Origin: an archaeon
Lineage (GTDB): Archaea; SpSt-1190; DYHY01
Assembly: GCA_043803745.1 (NCBI GenBank)
Contig: JAZDJS010000026.1
Span: 5,025-69,024 of the forward strand
Direction of reading: 5' to 3'
Length of the DNA stretch: 64,000 nt
Below, one piece after another: positions 50,385 to 60,781 of this stretch; positions within the stretch are counted from its first letter, which is position 1; each line of letters begins with the position of its first letter. Below the pieces are notes generated by a model, which was not told the DNA's origin, did no database searches, and saw nothing but the letters and a program-made list of their open reading frames with translations. Position numbers and translations under genes: made by a program.

Positions 50385-52160
50385 ATGACCAAAAGAATTG
50401 CAATAGTCAGGCTGGAAAAGTGCAAGGCGCCGAAGGACTGTCCGTATCTCTGCATACGGGCGTGCCCCCCCGTGCGCGCAGGAAAGCAGACGATAATCGA
50501 AAACAAGGAGACGGGGAAGATAATAATCGAGGAGGAAACCTGCATCGGCTGCGGACTGTGCGTCAAAAAATGCCCTTTCGACGCAATAACCATAATCAAT
50601 CTCCCGGAAGCCCTTGCCGAACCAATCCATCGTTTCGGGAAAAACAGCTTCGCACTTTACGGGCGGACGCTCCCCTTCCCCGAAAAAGGGGCCGTGACCG
50701 GCTTCCTCGGGCCGAACGGCTGCGGCAAGACAACCGTGGTCTCAATACTTTCCGGCTCGCTAATCCCCAACCTCAACTCCCAGGAGGAAGGGCGCCTTCC
50801 CGCGGTAATTGAGCACTTCGCAGGGCAGGAGATACAGAAGCATTTCAAGGTTCTTGAGAAGGGCTCCCTTCGAGCGGCTGTGAAGCCGCAGCAAATTTCC
50901 GTGAGCGGAAGGATTGGCGAGACGCTCGTTTCCGAGGCAGCGGCGAAGGTTCCGGAGGAGACCCTCAGGGAGTTCAACATCAGGCCCCTTTTTGGGAGGA
51001 AGATTTCAGAGCTTTCCGGCGGCGAGCTCCAGAGGCTGACAATCGCCCTTGCATATGGGAAGGATGCGGACCTTTATTTCTTCGATGAGCCCTCCTCATT
51101 CCTCGACATCCGGGAGAGGATACGGACGGCAAAGCGGCTTCGCAATCTGGCAGGGACCGGCAAATCGGTCTTCCTTGTCGAGCACGACCTCACCCTCCTC
51201 GACACCGCGTCCGACAACGTGATCCTTTTCTACGGGGAGCCTTCCGTTTACGGGGTTGTCTCAATTCCGAAGACCCAGCGCGTCGGGATAAACACGTATC
51301 TTTCCGGATTTTCCCGGGACGAGAACATAAGATTCCGCCCCGGGGAGATAAAATTCTCGGAAAGGGCTCCGGTCGAGAAGATGTCGCGAAAGGAAGCAGT
51401 CCAGGAGTTCTCGAAAATAGAGAAGAAGCTCGGCGAGTTCTCCCTATTCGTCGAGGGGGGGAAGATACGCAAGGGCGAAGTTGTCGGAGTTGTCGGGGAG
51501 AACGGGACCGGAAAGACGACCTTCGTGAGAATCCTTGCCGGGGAAATGAAGCCCGACAGGGGCGACGTGAAAAAACAGCTCATGAAGCTTTCCTACAAGC
51601 CTCAGCAGCTTGAAGTCGCGGACAGGGAGCTTGCGGTGCGGCAGTATCTGGCGGTCCCGATTGCCGAGGCAAGCGACCTTAATTTCGAGAGCGAGGTTGC
51701 CGAGCCGCTCAGCCTGAGGCTCCTGATGCAGAAGAAGTTGGGCGAGCTTTCCGGCGGCGAGCTCCAGCGGGTTGTTATCGCTGCCGCAATGATGAAGAAG
51801 GCGGACCTGTACCTCCTTGACGAGCCCTCGGCTTTCCTTGACGTCGAGCAAAGGCTCGAGGTTGCAAAGTTCATCAAGCGCGTGAACGAGAAACGGGGGG
51901 CGGGCGTCCTCGTCGTCGACCACGACGTGCTGTTCATAGATTACCTTGCCGACAGCCTCGTCGTCTTCTCCGGAACCCCCGCGGTTTCAGCGAAGGCGGT
52001 CGGACCCCTGACAATGCGGGAAGGGATGAACCTTTTCCTTTCCGATCTCGGAGTGACTTTCAGGAGGGATCCCGACACCAAGAGGCCGCGCGCCAACAAG
52101 GAAGACAGCCGGCTTGACCGGGAGCAGAAGGGCACCGGGGAATATTACTTTTCGGGATAA
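50385..52160 (+). CDS. abcE1: ABCE1 / RNase L inhibitor-type ribosome recycling ATPase
   Basis: An N-terminal diferredoxin Fe-S domain (CKAPKDCPYLCIRACPP...CIGCGLCVKKCPF) and two ABC cassettes (Walker A GPNGCGKTT and GENGTGKTT, with signature motifs). Confidence 0.9.
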   Translation: MTKRIAIVRLEKCKAPKDCPYLCIRACPPVRAGKQTIIENKETGKIIIEEETCIGCGLCVKKCPFDAITIINLPEALAEPIHRFGKNSFALYGRTLPFPEKGAVTGFLGPNGCGKTTVVSILSGSLIPNLNSQEEGRLPAVIEHFAGQEIQKHFKVLEKGSLRAAVKPQQISVSGRIGETLVSEAAAKVPEETLREFNIRPLFGRKISELSGGELQRLTIALAYGKDADLYFFDEPSSFLDIRERIRTAKRLRNLAGTGKSVFLVEHDLTLLDTASDNVILFYGEPSVYGVVSIPKTQRVGINTYLSGFSRDENIRFRPGEIKFSERAPVEKMSRKEAVQEFSKIEKKLGEFSLFVEGGKIRKGEVVGVVGENGTGKTTFVRILAGEMKPDRGDVKKQLMKLSYKPQQLEVADRELAVRQYLAVPIAEASDLNFESEVAEPLSLRLLMQKKLGELSGGELQRVVIAAAMMKKADLYLLDEPSAFLDVEQRLEVAKFIKRVNEKRGAGVLVVDHDVLFIDYLADSLVVFSGTPAVSAKAVGPLTMREGMNLFLSDLGVTFRRDPDTKRPRANKEDSRLDREQKGTGEYYFSG

Positions 52161-53458
52161 ACTTCCCTATTGGTGAGCGCCCTGAAGCCAATTACAAGCG
52201 CGTGCAAAAGCTTGCCAGGGGCGAAAATCTTCCCCGCCAGGGTCATCGGGTTGAGATAATAATTCACAAGCAGCCGTCTTTTGAAACTCCAAAGCCGGGC
52301 TCCACCCCCTTTGTTCAATGTTATGCTTTTTCCAAGGAAGACGCGCTTCGCTTCTGAGCGCCCCTCTTCCGGATATTGCACGAAATTGGAAATCTGGACA
52401 ACGTCGGGCGTTATCCTGAAGACGAGCTCGTATGTTTTTTGGAGGTCGCTTTCGGTTTCCCCCGGACAGCCCACAATGAAATATGCCTGCGTCCGTATGC
52501 CCGCCTTTTTCGCCCTGGCGAAAGTGGACTCTATTCCCCTGACGGAAGTTCTTTTGTTCAGCCTGTCAAGGAGCTCCTGGCTTCCGGATTCAACTCCGAA
52601 GGCAATCAGTTTGCACCCGGCGGCCTTCATGAGGCGCAGTTCTGCCAAGCCAACCGAATCAACCCGTTCCTTGCAAAACCATTCTATCCTCCCTCCGAGC
52701 CCCCGTGAAATTATCTCCTTGCAGAAACTTCGGAGCCATTCCTTTCGGAAGCCGAATATGTCGTCCAGGAAAGCGAAGCGACGTATCCTTTTTTGCTTGA
52801 GCAGGTTTTCCATCAGATTCACGACCTGCTCCGGAGGATAGGCCCTCCAAACACTTCCAGACACGGAAGGGACAACGCAGAAAGAACACTTGTAAGGACA
52901 GCCCGCGCTTGCTCCAACAATTGCGCAGGGCCCTATTATGAACTCCTTGATGATTCCGTAATGGATTGGACCGCCCAATTTCCTTGAAAAACAAACCCGC
53001 CTACGCCCGCCGCTCGGCAAAATGCAGTTCTTCCCAATCAGCTTCCAGTTGCGTTCGAAGCACATTCTCACAAGAGTTTCTTCGGCAAACCCCGCGACAA
53101 CCGCGCTTGCTCCTGAGGATTTCAGCGCAGCATGAGGAGTCAAGGTTGCATGCGGGCCCCCGAGGATGCAAAGAAAACCCCGGCGCCTCAGCCCGGAGCA
53201 AAGACGGCAAATCTCTGGAAAAGACTCGCTGTACGTGTAAAGGCCCACGAAGGCGGGATTCAGGGCGGAAACAAACTCCAGGAAAGCCGTGTCCGAGGGG
53301 AAATCTCCCGCACGAACCAGTTTGGCTTCAACTCCCGCCGCGCCCAGGGCGGAGGACAGTTTCAGCAGCCCGAGCGGGACATCCACCAGGCTTTTTCTGG
53401 ATGCGCCCGGAGCAACAAGAAGAATTTTGGATGCCCAGGGCGCGGTGGCTGCGTTCAT
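52145..53458 (-). CDS. B12-binding (class B) radical SAM protein
   Basis: An N-terminal cobalamin-binding Rossmann domain and a CxxxCxxC motif (SAGCPYKCSFCVVP). Confidence 0.8.
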   Translation of the reverse strand: MNAATAPWASKILLVAPGASRKSLVDVPLGLLKLSSALGAAGVEAKLVRAGDFPSDTAFLEFVSALNPAFVGLYTYSESFPEICRLCSGLRRRGFLCILGGPHATLTPHAALKSSGASAVVAGFAEETLVRMCFERNWKLIGKNCILPSGGRRRVCFSRKLGGPIHYGIIKEFIIGPCAIVGASAGCPYKCSFCVVPSVSGSVWRAYPPEQVVNLMENLLKQKRIRRFAFLDDIFGFRKEWLRSFCKEIISRGLGGRIEWFCKERVDSVGLAELRLMKAAGCKLIAFGVESGSQELLDRLNKRTSVRGIESTFARAKKAGIRTQAYFIVGCPGETESDLQKTYELVFRITPDVVQISNFVQYPEEGRSEAKRVFLGKSITLNKGGGARLWSFKRRLLVNYYLNPMTLAGKIFAPGKLLHALVIGFRALTNREVYPEK

Positions 53459-53522
53459 TCTCGGGGAATCCCGCCCGGCGCGAATAAAAAGCTTGCCAGC
53501 CGGCGATTCCCGCGGTCAAGCG

Positions 53523-55472
53523 CTAAGCCAGAAGGAGGGGGAGAAAGCCCGCAACCGAAGCCGCCAGCAAAAACGTGGAGGACCACAGCCGATTTTCGGC
53601 GGAAGCATAGCTGAACGAAAGTTCAAATTCCTCCCCCGGAGCAACTTCAAAGTATACTCCGCATCCGCGCGCACCCGGCCGCGCCGAGTTACCAGCCTTT
53701 CCGTTGATTGAAAGCGAGATTTGCGGGTCGTAAACGAGAGGAAAGAAGCCCTTTGTCGAGTTGCACTTGCCAAGAATCGAACCCCCGCTCTTCCGGTATG
53801 AGCACCCGACTTCCGAGGCGAGGCTTCTGAGATTCCTGTCGAAAACGGATATGTCGGAAAATTCGGCGACTTTTTCACCGCTTTGGGGAGCGCCCCCGGG
53901 ATTTCCGAAACTGAATTCCCTGGCTATTTCCAGCGCATCCTTCTCGTCCTCGACAGCCTCTTCCACTTGGAGCCGGCCCACCGGATAAAGAACCCCATAG
54001 TACTCTCCGGCGGGCCTCACCTGAAGAAGCTTCAGGAAGAAACCCCCGGACCTTTGGGAGTTGTCGACGATGACAGACGTCTTTTTCGGGAAGGGCGGGG
54101 CGTTCTCAACGGACCAGGCAAGAAGCTCCGAGTCGGAATCTTCCATCCTCCCGGACAATACGGCCGCGTTCGGAAACTTCCCGTGTTCCTTTTCAAAGTC
54201 GTAATGCAGGGCCTTGCCGAAGGAATCCGGCCCCCCCGAGAGGGCGCCAACGAAGAAAAAGAACTGAACTGCGAAGAGCAGGGTTGCCACAATGGTCGCC
54301 GGAAGAAAGGCCGATTTTTCCCCGTCTTGCGAGGGGATAAGCTCGCCCACCAAGAGAGCCGCGCCAACCCAAATGACCGGCACCAGATAGTAGCCCAGAA
54401 AAGCCTCCAGATAGACGCTTCCGGAAAAATTCAAAAGCGCCCCCAAAAGGAGAACAACCCCAAAGGACGCGTATCTTTCGACAGTTTCCGATTTCCGTTT
54501 GGAAAAAACTAGCGAGACTGCGCCCAGAAGGCCCCCGAAAAGGAGGATTGGCGCAATCGAGCTCTGATAAAGGAAATTCGGAACGAATGTTTTGGAATTT
54601 TCAGGCCTTGCAAGGCTGAGGTCCTGGAAGAAGTGCGAAAACACCTCGGCGATGGGAAGACTGAGGAGCCCGCTGTAGAAAACCAGAAACGCACCGAACG
54701 CCATTATGGGAAGCGCGACCAGGGCGGCAAGCGACGCGAGCCCCCCCGTCCCAGACCTCCTGCGGAAGACGCGCGAAACCAGCTCTCGCAGAAAAACGAC
54801 GGCGGCAACGGAGACGAACGTCCCGTTGTGAAAAAGGTAGGCGCTTCCGCCCAGAAGGAAAGAGGCAACCGGCCCGATGCGCTTTCCCATCAGCAGGGGC
54901 ATTGAAACTGCCAACGCGAGGTAAACCGAATAGTTCCCTATTATGAACTGCTGGTGCGGCTGCAGGACCGCCCACGCGACTGCCGCAGCAAACCCGCTCG
55001 CGCGTTTGTCTCTTGTTGAAAGTACGATCGAAACCGGAACCGAGGCGAAAGCGAGAAAAAGCGCAAGCCTCCACGAAAACTCCCCGCTTGCGGGAATGAA
55101 AAGCGAGACAACCCCGGAAATGAACGTCAGGATGAATTTGTTTATGTGGACCGGCGATATCAGGCGAAAGTTCGAATAAGCGTCATCCGAAAGAAAAAGC
55201 TTTCTTGCCCCGTCGAAAAACGCGTACTGGAGCGGAGAGTCCCCGACCAGAGGGATCCCTCCGGAAAACCCCCCCATCGAAAGGAACTGGACGAATGCAA
55301 TGCAGATTATGGAGACGAGCCTTGCCTTCGGGTGGCGCAGCCCAAGAAGAAAAAGCAGGGCGAATGCAGCAGTTTTTCCCAGGGCGGTTGCGGGCGAGAG
55401 CGAAGGCATTGCGAGAACGCTGAAAACCAGCAAAACAAGCAGAAACGGGAACCTTGTTGATTGGCCGGACAT
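53523..55472 (-). CDS. large polytopic membrane protein with periplasmic-type C-terminal domain (function unknown)
   Basis: About 12 TM helices, then a ~200-aa soluble domain and a terminal hydrophobic segment. The architecture is the same as ORF 5182-7374, which also sits next to a B12-rSAM gene. Confidence 0.5.
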   Translation of the reverse strand: MSGQSTRFPFLLVLLVFSVLAMPSLSPATALGKTAAFALLFLLGLRHPKARLVSIICIAFVQFLSMGGFSGGIPLVGDSPLQYAFFDGARKLFLSDDAYSNFRLISPVHINKFILTFISGVVSLFIPASGEFSWRLALFLAFASVPVSIVLSTRDKRASGFAAAVAWAVLQPHQQFIIGNYSVYLALAVSMPLLMGKRIGPVASFLLGGSAYLFHNGTFVSVAAVVFLRELVSRVFRRRSGTGGLASLAALVALPIMAFGAFLVFYSGLLSLPIAEVFSHFFQDLSLARPENSKTFVPNFLYQSSIAPILLFGGLLGAVSLVFSKRKSETVERYASFGVVLLLGALLNFSGSVYLEAFLGYYLVPVIWVGAALLVGELIPSQDGEKSAFLPATIVATLLFAVQFFFFVGALSGGPDSFGKALHYDFEKEHGKFPNAAVLSGRMEDSDSELLAWSVENAPPFPKKTSVIVDNSQRSGGFFLKLLQVRPAGEYYGVLYPVGRLQVEEAVEDEKDALEIAREFSFGNPGGAPQSGEKVAEFSDISVFDRNLRSLASEVGCSYRKSGGSILGKCNSTKGFFPLVYDPQISLSINGKAGNSARPGARGCGVYFEVAPGEEFELSFSYASAENRLWSSTFLLAASVAGFLPLLLA

Positions 55473-55511
55473 TAGTTTGACTGGCCGCTTGGCCGCAAAT
55501 TATAACTCTTT

Positions 55512-56909
55512 CTAGGTGGGATATGTGTGGCCGAGAAGCTCCCTTCCTTCCGGGGTCTTCGAATATTCGTAAACGTCAACCTGCCTTGAATAGTCGACGT
55601 TGTGCTGGGTCGAGATGTCGGCTATGTGGAGCTGGAGCATGTCGCGCCGGTCAAGAGACTTGTATATGCCCGCTATCCTGTCGAACCCGCTTCCAAGAAG
55701 GGAAACAAGAACCTTGCGATTCTCATTCTCAAACAAAATCGGAAACGCGCTGATAAGGGCCGTCATCCCATTCCGCCCCTTGAGAAACCCTTCGAGCCCC
55801 TTGCTGACGGAGTTGAGGAAGCTTTCCGTGAAGAGCGGGGTGTAGAACCCCTTTTCATCCACTTTCAACAGTATGGAATATCCCCGCCCCCATGCGAATT
55901 TCCGGGCAGCGTCCCTTCCAAAGAGCCGTTCTATGCAGTCAAGGGCGAGCCGTCGGGTCCTTAGGAGGCTTTCGAAATCTGAGGATTTCACCCGTCCCTC
56001 CGTCTGCGCCTCAAGGAGCTTTATTATGTCGGACGAAGTGAGAAGCCAGTCGTGCTTTATTTTCAGTTTCCCGTACGGCTTCATCGGGTGGAACATCACC
56101 CTCGCCGCCCCGTTCTTCGCGGCAAAGTCGAGTATTCCCGAAACCTCCCCGTCATTCACGCCCTTGGCGATTGTGGCAACGAGGCAAGTGGGGATCCCTT
56201 CAGCCCGGAGGTTTTCAAAGGCGGAAAGCTTGGCTTTCAAAAGATTCTTCCCCTTCATTTTCACGTATGCTGAACCATTCAGGGAATCGAAAGAAAGGTT
56301 GACCAGGCTTATGCGCGCCGCCTTCATTTTCTTCACGAACGGCCTGCTCGCAAGCCTTTTTCCGTTCGTATAAAGGACAACGAAATTCCCGCTCTCCCTG
56401 AAAGTTTCGACAATTTCAAGGAAATCCTTGTGGATTGTGGGCTCTCCCCCGACAAGGAGGATCTCCTTTCCCCTGAGGGACGCCCTTTCTATCACGGACT
56501 TGATTTCCGCGACGGTCAGCTGTTTTTTCCGGGTGATGGAACTTTCGCACATGAAATCCCTTGCAATGCAGACCGAACAGTTCGCGTTGCAGCGCGGCGT
56601 CACGAAGAAGCCTATCGCATGGGAGCTGACCTTGCCGAGGTCTTCCACCCTTGCCTGAGCCGGGTCGGACTCGGGCGGGAACGAATCGATCGTCCTCCTG
56701 AAGAAATCCGCATCGTTCTCAACGAGGCACCGTTCATGGACCCCGCAAGGAACGCAGTCTTTTTCAAGAAAAATCCGTCCGTTTTCCTCGGAAATTTCGC
56801 CGCTAACTTTCCCAAAGCACTTTGAACAGAGACTTTCCGTCCTGTAGAGGGGGACTGCGCCCCGCAATTGAGTTTCCTGCAGTTGGACTTGCGTGGATGA
56901 ACTCGCCAT
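55512..56909 (-). CDS. radical SAM protein with N-terminal 2xCxxC zinc-ribbon/rubredoxin-like knuckle and C-terminal domain of unknown function
   Basis: CSKC...CVPC precede a canonical CNANCSVC radical SAM motif. Only four more Cys follow, so a full twin-cluster SPASM domain is unlikely. Start placed at MASSS, with TATAATAAAG ~25 nt upstream on the minus strand. Confidence 0.7.
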   Translation of the reverse strand: MASSSTQVQLQETQLRGAVPLYRTESLCSKCFGKVSGEISEENGRIFLEKDCVPCGVHERCLVENDADFFRRTIDSFPPESDPAQARVEDLGKVSSHAIGFFVTPRCNANCSVCIARDFMCESSITRKKQLTVAEIKSVIERASLRGKEILLVGGEPTIHKDFLEIVETFRESGNFVVLYTNGKRLASRPFVKKMKAARISLVNLSFDSLNGSAYVKMKGKNLLKAKLSAFENLRAEGIPTCLVATIAKGVNDGEVSGILDFAAKNGAARVMFHPMKPYGKLKIKHDWLLTSSDIIKLLEAQTEGRVKSSDFESLLRTRRLALDCIERLFGRDAARKFAWGRGYSILLKVDEKGFYTPLFTESFLNSVSKGLEGFLKGRNGMTALISAFPILFENENRKVLVSLLGSGFDRIAGIYKSLDRRDMLQLHIADISTQHNVDYSRQVDVYEYSKTPEGRELLGHTYPT

Positions 56910-56919
56910 GCTTCCGGGG

Positions 56920-57030
56920 GGCAATCTCTCTTTATTATAGTTATTGGTGCCCGGAACGCCCGTCCGCTCTTTTTGCGAAACGCGGAGGCGCCCGGCCCGT
57001 TGAACAGGTTTTATATATTCGGCCGGAACT
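56920..57030. promoter_or_regulatory. divergent promoter region with two A/T boxes (TATAATAAAG for minus gene; TTTTATATATT for plus gene)
   Basis: A 130-bp spacer between divergently transcribed radical SAM genes. Each A/T box lies ~20-30 nt from its ATG. Confidence 0.35.
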
Positions 57031-57039
57031 GCTGCGGGA

Positions 57040-58416
57040 ATGGCGCTCATGAGGCCGGGCCCGGAGTTTCCGATAAAGCGCGTTCTCCTAGTGCTCCCCC
57101 CTTGCCCGGAAGAGATACTGGCCGGGCGCAAGGGAGTTTCCTACAGCAAAGAAAATCCGCTGGGGCTCCTCGAGCTTTCGCGAAGCCTTCGGGCCGCGGG
57201 AATTTCCGCGAAAGTCCTTGATTTGGGGAACAACGATTTTTCCCCGGGGACCTTTGAGCGGGAGATACTCAGCTTCAAGCCGGGCATCGTCGGATTTTCG
57301 GCCACGATAATCACCTTAACGGAAGTTGCCAAAATGGTCGGCTCCGCCAAGCGGCTCGGCTGCCTGACCGTCGTCGGCGGGCGCATAACCTCGATGCTTT
57401 CGGGCAGGGAGCTCTCCCGTCTTGGCGCGGATGCGGTGGTTTTCGGGGCGGGCGCAGACCCCCTTTTGGAAATGTGCAAGTCGAGAAACTGGTCCGCAAT
57501 CCCCCGTGTTCTCGCTCATGGGCGCGGCGCCTCGAAGGCGAAACGACCGAGCCTGCAGAAAAGCCGGAAACTCAAGCTCACCGGACGCCCGCCATCCTCG
57601 ATCTCACCGGCCAACAAATCGTTCGCGTTCATAATAGCGAGCTTCGGGTGCCCCTACTCGTGCAACTTCTGCTCGGAGTTCGTCGAAACCGACCGGGTCT
57701 GGCAGGCCTATGAGCCGGAAAGCGTCGTCAAGGAACTGGCGCGGCTTGCGGACAAAGGGGTCAAGGGAGCTTTTTTCTATGACAGCATATTCGGATTTGA
57801 AAGGAAGTGGCTTTGCGAGTTCTGCAACCGGATGATTGAAACCGGGATTGGGAAGCGCATCTGGTGGCAATGCTTCAGGAGGGTTGACGAGGTTGACGAA
57901 GAAATCCTTTCCCTGATGAAGCGCGCGGGATGCAACATGATTTTTTTCGGGGTCGAATCCGGAAGCGACCGCGTTCTGAAGCTAATGAACAAGGGAATAA
58001 CCACGAGGCAAACGCGCGAAGCATTCTCGGCAACGAGGAGGGCCGGAATATTCGCGTATGCCGCAATAATGCTGGGATATCCCGGGGAAACCCGGCGCGA
58101 CCTGGAGCTGACGAAAAAGCTCCTCATCGAAATCGAGCCGGATTTTTTCCACATGAGCTATTTCATACCGCTTCCTAGGACAAAGGCGGCGAAAAAGGGG
58201 CGCGTGCGGGGGGGCTGCGCGGACTTTTACGGCGAATCCCCGAGAAAATACCAAGGCATCCTCGACTTTGACCAGCTCGCGGCCGCGAAAAAGGAAATTC
58301 ACAGGGCGTTCTACCTGAGGCCCTCGCGGCTTTTCAAGATTCTCCTGCAGTCGAAGGGGAGCCCGCGGACGCTCTCAATTCTTTTGAGCCCGCTTGTCAC
58401 CTCATTCAGGAAATAG
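57040..58416 (+). CDS. B12-binding (class B) radical SAM protein
   Basis: An N-terminal cobalamin-binding domain and a CxxxCxxC motif (FGCPYSCNFCSEF). Confidence 0.8.
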   Translation: MALMRPGPEFPIKRVLLVLPPCPEEILAGRKGVSYSKENPLGLLELSRSLRAAGISAKVLDLGNNDFSPGTFEREILSFKPGIVGFSATIITLTEVAKMVGSAKRLGCLTVVGGRITSMLSGRELSRLGADAVVFGAGADPLLEMCKSRNWSAIPRVLAHGRGASKAKRPSLQKSRKLKLTGRPPSSISPANKSFAFIIASFGCPYSCNFCSEFVETDRVWQAYEPESVVKELARLADKGVKGAFFYDSIFGFERKWLCEFCNRMIETGIGKRIWWQCFRRVDEVDEEILSLMKRAGCNMIFFGVESGSDRVLKLMNKGITTRQTREAFSATRRAGIFAYAAIMLGYPGETRRDLELTKKLLIEIEPDFFHMSYFIPLPRTKAAKKGRVRGGCADFYGESPRKYQGILDFDQLAAAKKEIHRAFYLRPSRLFKILLQSKGSPRTLSILLSPLVTSFRK

Positions 58417-58494
58417 CGGGGAACGGGCGCGCCTTGGATTTCCGAAGAACAAGGAGACGTCACATTTATTAACGAACCCCTGCGGGGGCTGCCG

Positions 58495-59337
58495 ATGAAG
58501 CCGGGGAAACTGATTCTTGCAGCGATGCTAATCTCGTTGACCGTTCTTTCCGGGTGCAGCATGAGCCTCGGCGACAACGTCCAGTTCGGGCAATTCGGGA
58601 AGGAGGTCCTGGCCGAAACGGCCCGGACGTATGAAGGGGATTTTCTCCCCCTTCAGGAGGAATATCGCGCCGAGATGCTCCTCTCGGCAGCGAACGGGAC
58701 GTTCGCCTATTCGGAAACCCGGCGCTCCCTCTCGCGCGCCAACGCATGGAGCAACCTGCATCGGCTGATCTCGCCCCTTTATTCGTGCTTCGACATCTCG
58801 TTCGATTCCCCGCCGCAGAGATTCATTTGCCCTGACGAGTTCAAGAGCTTCAGCGACTTTAGGGAGGACATTTATTCGGTTGCGCTCTCAAGGAACTCGG
58901 TCGCTTCCCGCGTCCCCTCCCTTTTCGCAATACACTATCCGTTCCCGGTTCTGACGGTCAACGGACAGGGCATGAAACTTGAGAACTTCAGCGCCTCGAG
59001 CAAGCCGTCCTATTCGGAAATAATGAGAATGGCCGAGAAGCCCATGCGGCTCACGTCGGTAAACTCAACCGAGGAACGCGCCGGATTTTCGGCAGGCTTC
59101 GAAACGGGAGACACGCTCTGCGTCGATTTCGGTTTCCTTCCGAAGAGGTCGCAGGAAATTTCCGTTGCATCCGACCTTCCCTTCCTGAACTACACCTTCT
59201 ATGGACGGCTCCCGGAAAGCAACATGCGCGTCGAGCGGACTCAGCAGGGGAGACTGGTTTTCAAATATGACGCGTTCGACCCGGAATACATGAACCTCAC
59301 CCTTGCAAAGGTCTGCTTCGGACGAACCGGAGGGTGA
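58495..59337 (+). CDS. putative secreted lipoprotein
   Basis: A signal peptide with a lipobox-like LSGC, followed by a hydrophilic domain. No family recognised. Confidence 0.4.
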   Translation: MKPGKLILAAMLISLTVLSGCSMSLGDNVQFGQFGKEVLAETARTYEGDFLPLQEEYRAEMLLSAANGTFAYSETRRSLSRANAWSNLHRLISPLYSCFDISFDSPPQRFICPDEFKSFSDFREDIYSVALSRNSVASRVPSLFAIHYPFPVLTVNGQGMKLENFSASSKPSYSEIMRMAEKPMRLTSVNSTEERAGFSAGFETGDTLCVDFGFLPKRSQEISVASDLPFLNYTFYGRLPESNMRVERTQQGRLVFKYDAFDPEYMNLTLAKVCFGRTGG

Positions 59338-59347
59338 CTGCGCCGAA

Positions 59348-60781
59348 GTGAAGCCGCGAGTTCTCCTTGTCAATCCCCCCGCCATCCAGGGGAACTTCGT
59401 CCGCGAAGGGCGCTGCATGAACCGGCAATCCGCATGGGGGTCGATTTGGCCGCCGCTGACCCTGATGTACATCTCGGCCGTGCTGAGGAAGGCAGGCTAC
59501 CGGACAATGATAGCGGATTCAAACGTCGGGAGCCCGGAGAGCTTTTGGAGAAGAATAGGGGAATTCCGCCCGGAACTCTCAATAATCAGCACTTCAACGC
59601 CGACAATAGACTCGGACGTCGGGTTTGCCGGAACGCTCAAGAGGAAATTTTCCTCAAAAACGGCGCTTGTCGGAACCCACCCGACCGCAACCTGGCGGGA
59701 ATTGCTTTGCAGGCCCTCGGTCGATTTCGTTGTCAGGGGGGAGCCCGAGCAGACGTGCCTCGAGCTTGCCAGTTTCCTCGGCAAGCGCGGGAAGGGGTCC
59801 CCCGGAAAAATCCGCGGTCTTGCATGGAAGGCCGGCAGGCACGGAAGACCCGTCTCAAACCTGGCGAGGAAATTTCTTTCCAACCTTGACAGGCTCCCCT
59901 TCCCAGACAGGGATTCAATTGACAACACAGCATACAGGATGCCCCTGTCCGGAAGGAGCTTCTCGCTACTCAGCACCTCCCGCGGATGCCCGTATTGCTG
60001 CACGTTCTGCGTTGCCTCGATATTTTACGGGAAAAGCTTCCGCAAACGGTCCGCAGGGTCAATTGCCGACGAAATTGAGATTTGCAAGAGGAAATACGGA
60101 ATCGAAAACTTCCTTTTCTGGGCCGACGAATTCACGTTCGACAGGCGGCAGGTGAGGGAAATCTGCAGGGAAATAAAATCCCGGAAGCTGAAAATCTCCT
60201 GGTTCGCGAACAGCCGGGTCGATTCCGGCGACTATGCCCTTTTCCGCGAGATGAGGGAATCCGGATGCTTCCTCGTCTCCTTCGGAATAGAGTCGGCAAG
60301 CCAGAAAATACTTGACAACGCGAGGAAGGGGGCGACAGTCGAGCGGGCGCTCTCCGCCGTCAGGGATGCCAAGAGGGCGGGCCTCGAAGTGATAGGCCAT
60401 TTCATTTTCGGCCTCCCGGGAGAAACGAAGGAGACTCTCCGGGCAACGACCGACCTTGCGAAAAGAAGCGGGGTTGACTATGCCCAATTTTACGCCGCAA
60501 CGCCATATCCCGGGACGGTTTTCTACGAGCGGTGCCGGAAAGGCAACCTGATAGCCGCCGATGCGGACTTTTCCGAAATGGAAATAAGCAGGGCGGCGAT
60601 ACGGCAGGGCGAGCTTTCAGCTGACGAGCTTTCCGAAGCAAGGCGGCGCGCATACGCGGAGTTCTACTTGCGCCCGTCCTACTTCATCCCCAGGATTCTT
60701 TCAGTCCTTTTCAGAAACGGTCCGAAGGGGCTTTTGGATTCCTTCGACTACCTCTCCGACTGGGGGGGACTTGCGAAGTGA
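59348..60781 (+). CDS. B12-binding (class B) radical SAM protein
   Basis: A cobalamin-binding N-domain and a CxxxCxxC motif (SRGCPYCCTFCVAS). Likely GTG start at 59348 after GGAGGGTGA. The stop overlaps the next gene's GTG start (GTGA). Confidence 0.8.
   Translation: MKPRVLLVNPPAIQGNFVREGRCMNRQSAWGSIWPPLTLMYISAVLRKAGYRTMIADSNVGSPESFWRRIGEFRPELSIISTSTPTIDSDVGFAGTLKRKFSSKTALVGTHPTATWRELLCRPSVDFVVRGEPEQTCLELASFLGKRGKGSPGKIRGLAWKAGRHGRPVSNLARKFLSNLDRLPFPDRDSIDNTAYRMPLSGRSFSLLSTSRGCPYCCTFCVASIFYGKSFRKRSAGSIADEIEICKRKYGIENFLFWADEFTFDRRQVREICREIKSRKLKISWFANSRVDSGDYALFREMRESGCFLVSFGIESASQKILDNARKGATVERALSAVRDAKRAGLEVIGHFIFGLPGETKETLRATTDLAKRSGVDYAQFYAATPYPGTVFYERCRKGNLIAADADFSEMEISRAAIRQGELSADELSEARRRAYAEFYLRPSYFIPRILSVLFRNGPKGLLDSFDYLSDWGGLAK

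Noticed and set aside
55512-57131. Calling the 539-aa radical SAM ORF a tetraether synthase (Tes/GDGT-MAS) with a SPASM domain
   Set aside because: After the CNANCSVC motif only four Cys remain, too few for two auxiliary clusters, and the N-terminal 74 residues of the track ORF are probably not translated. I kept the entry as a radical SAM with a zinc-ribbon of unknown subfamily.
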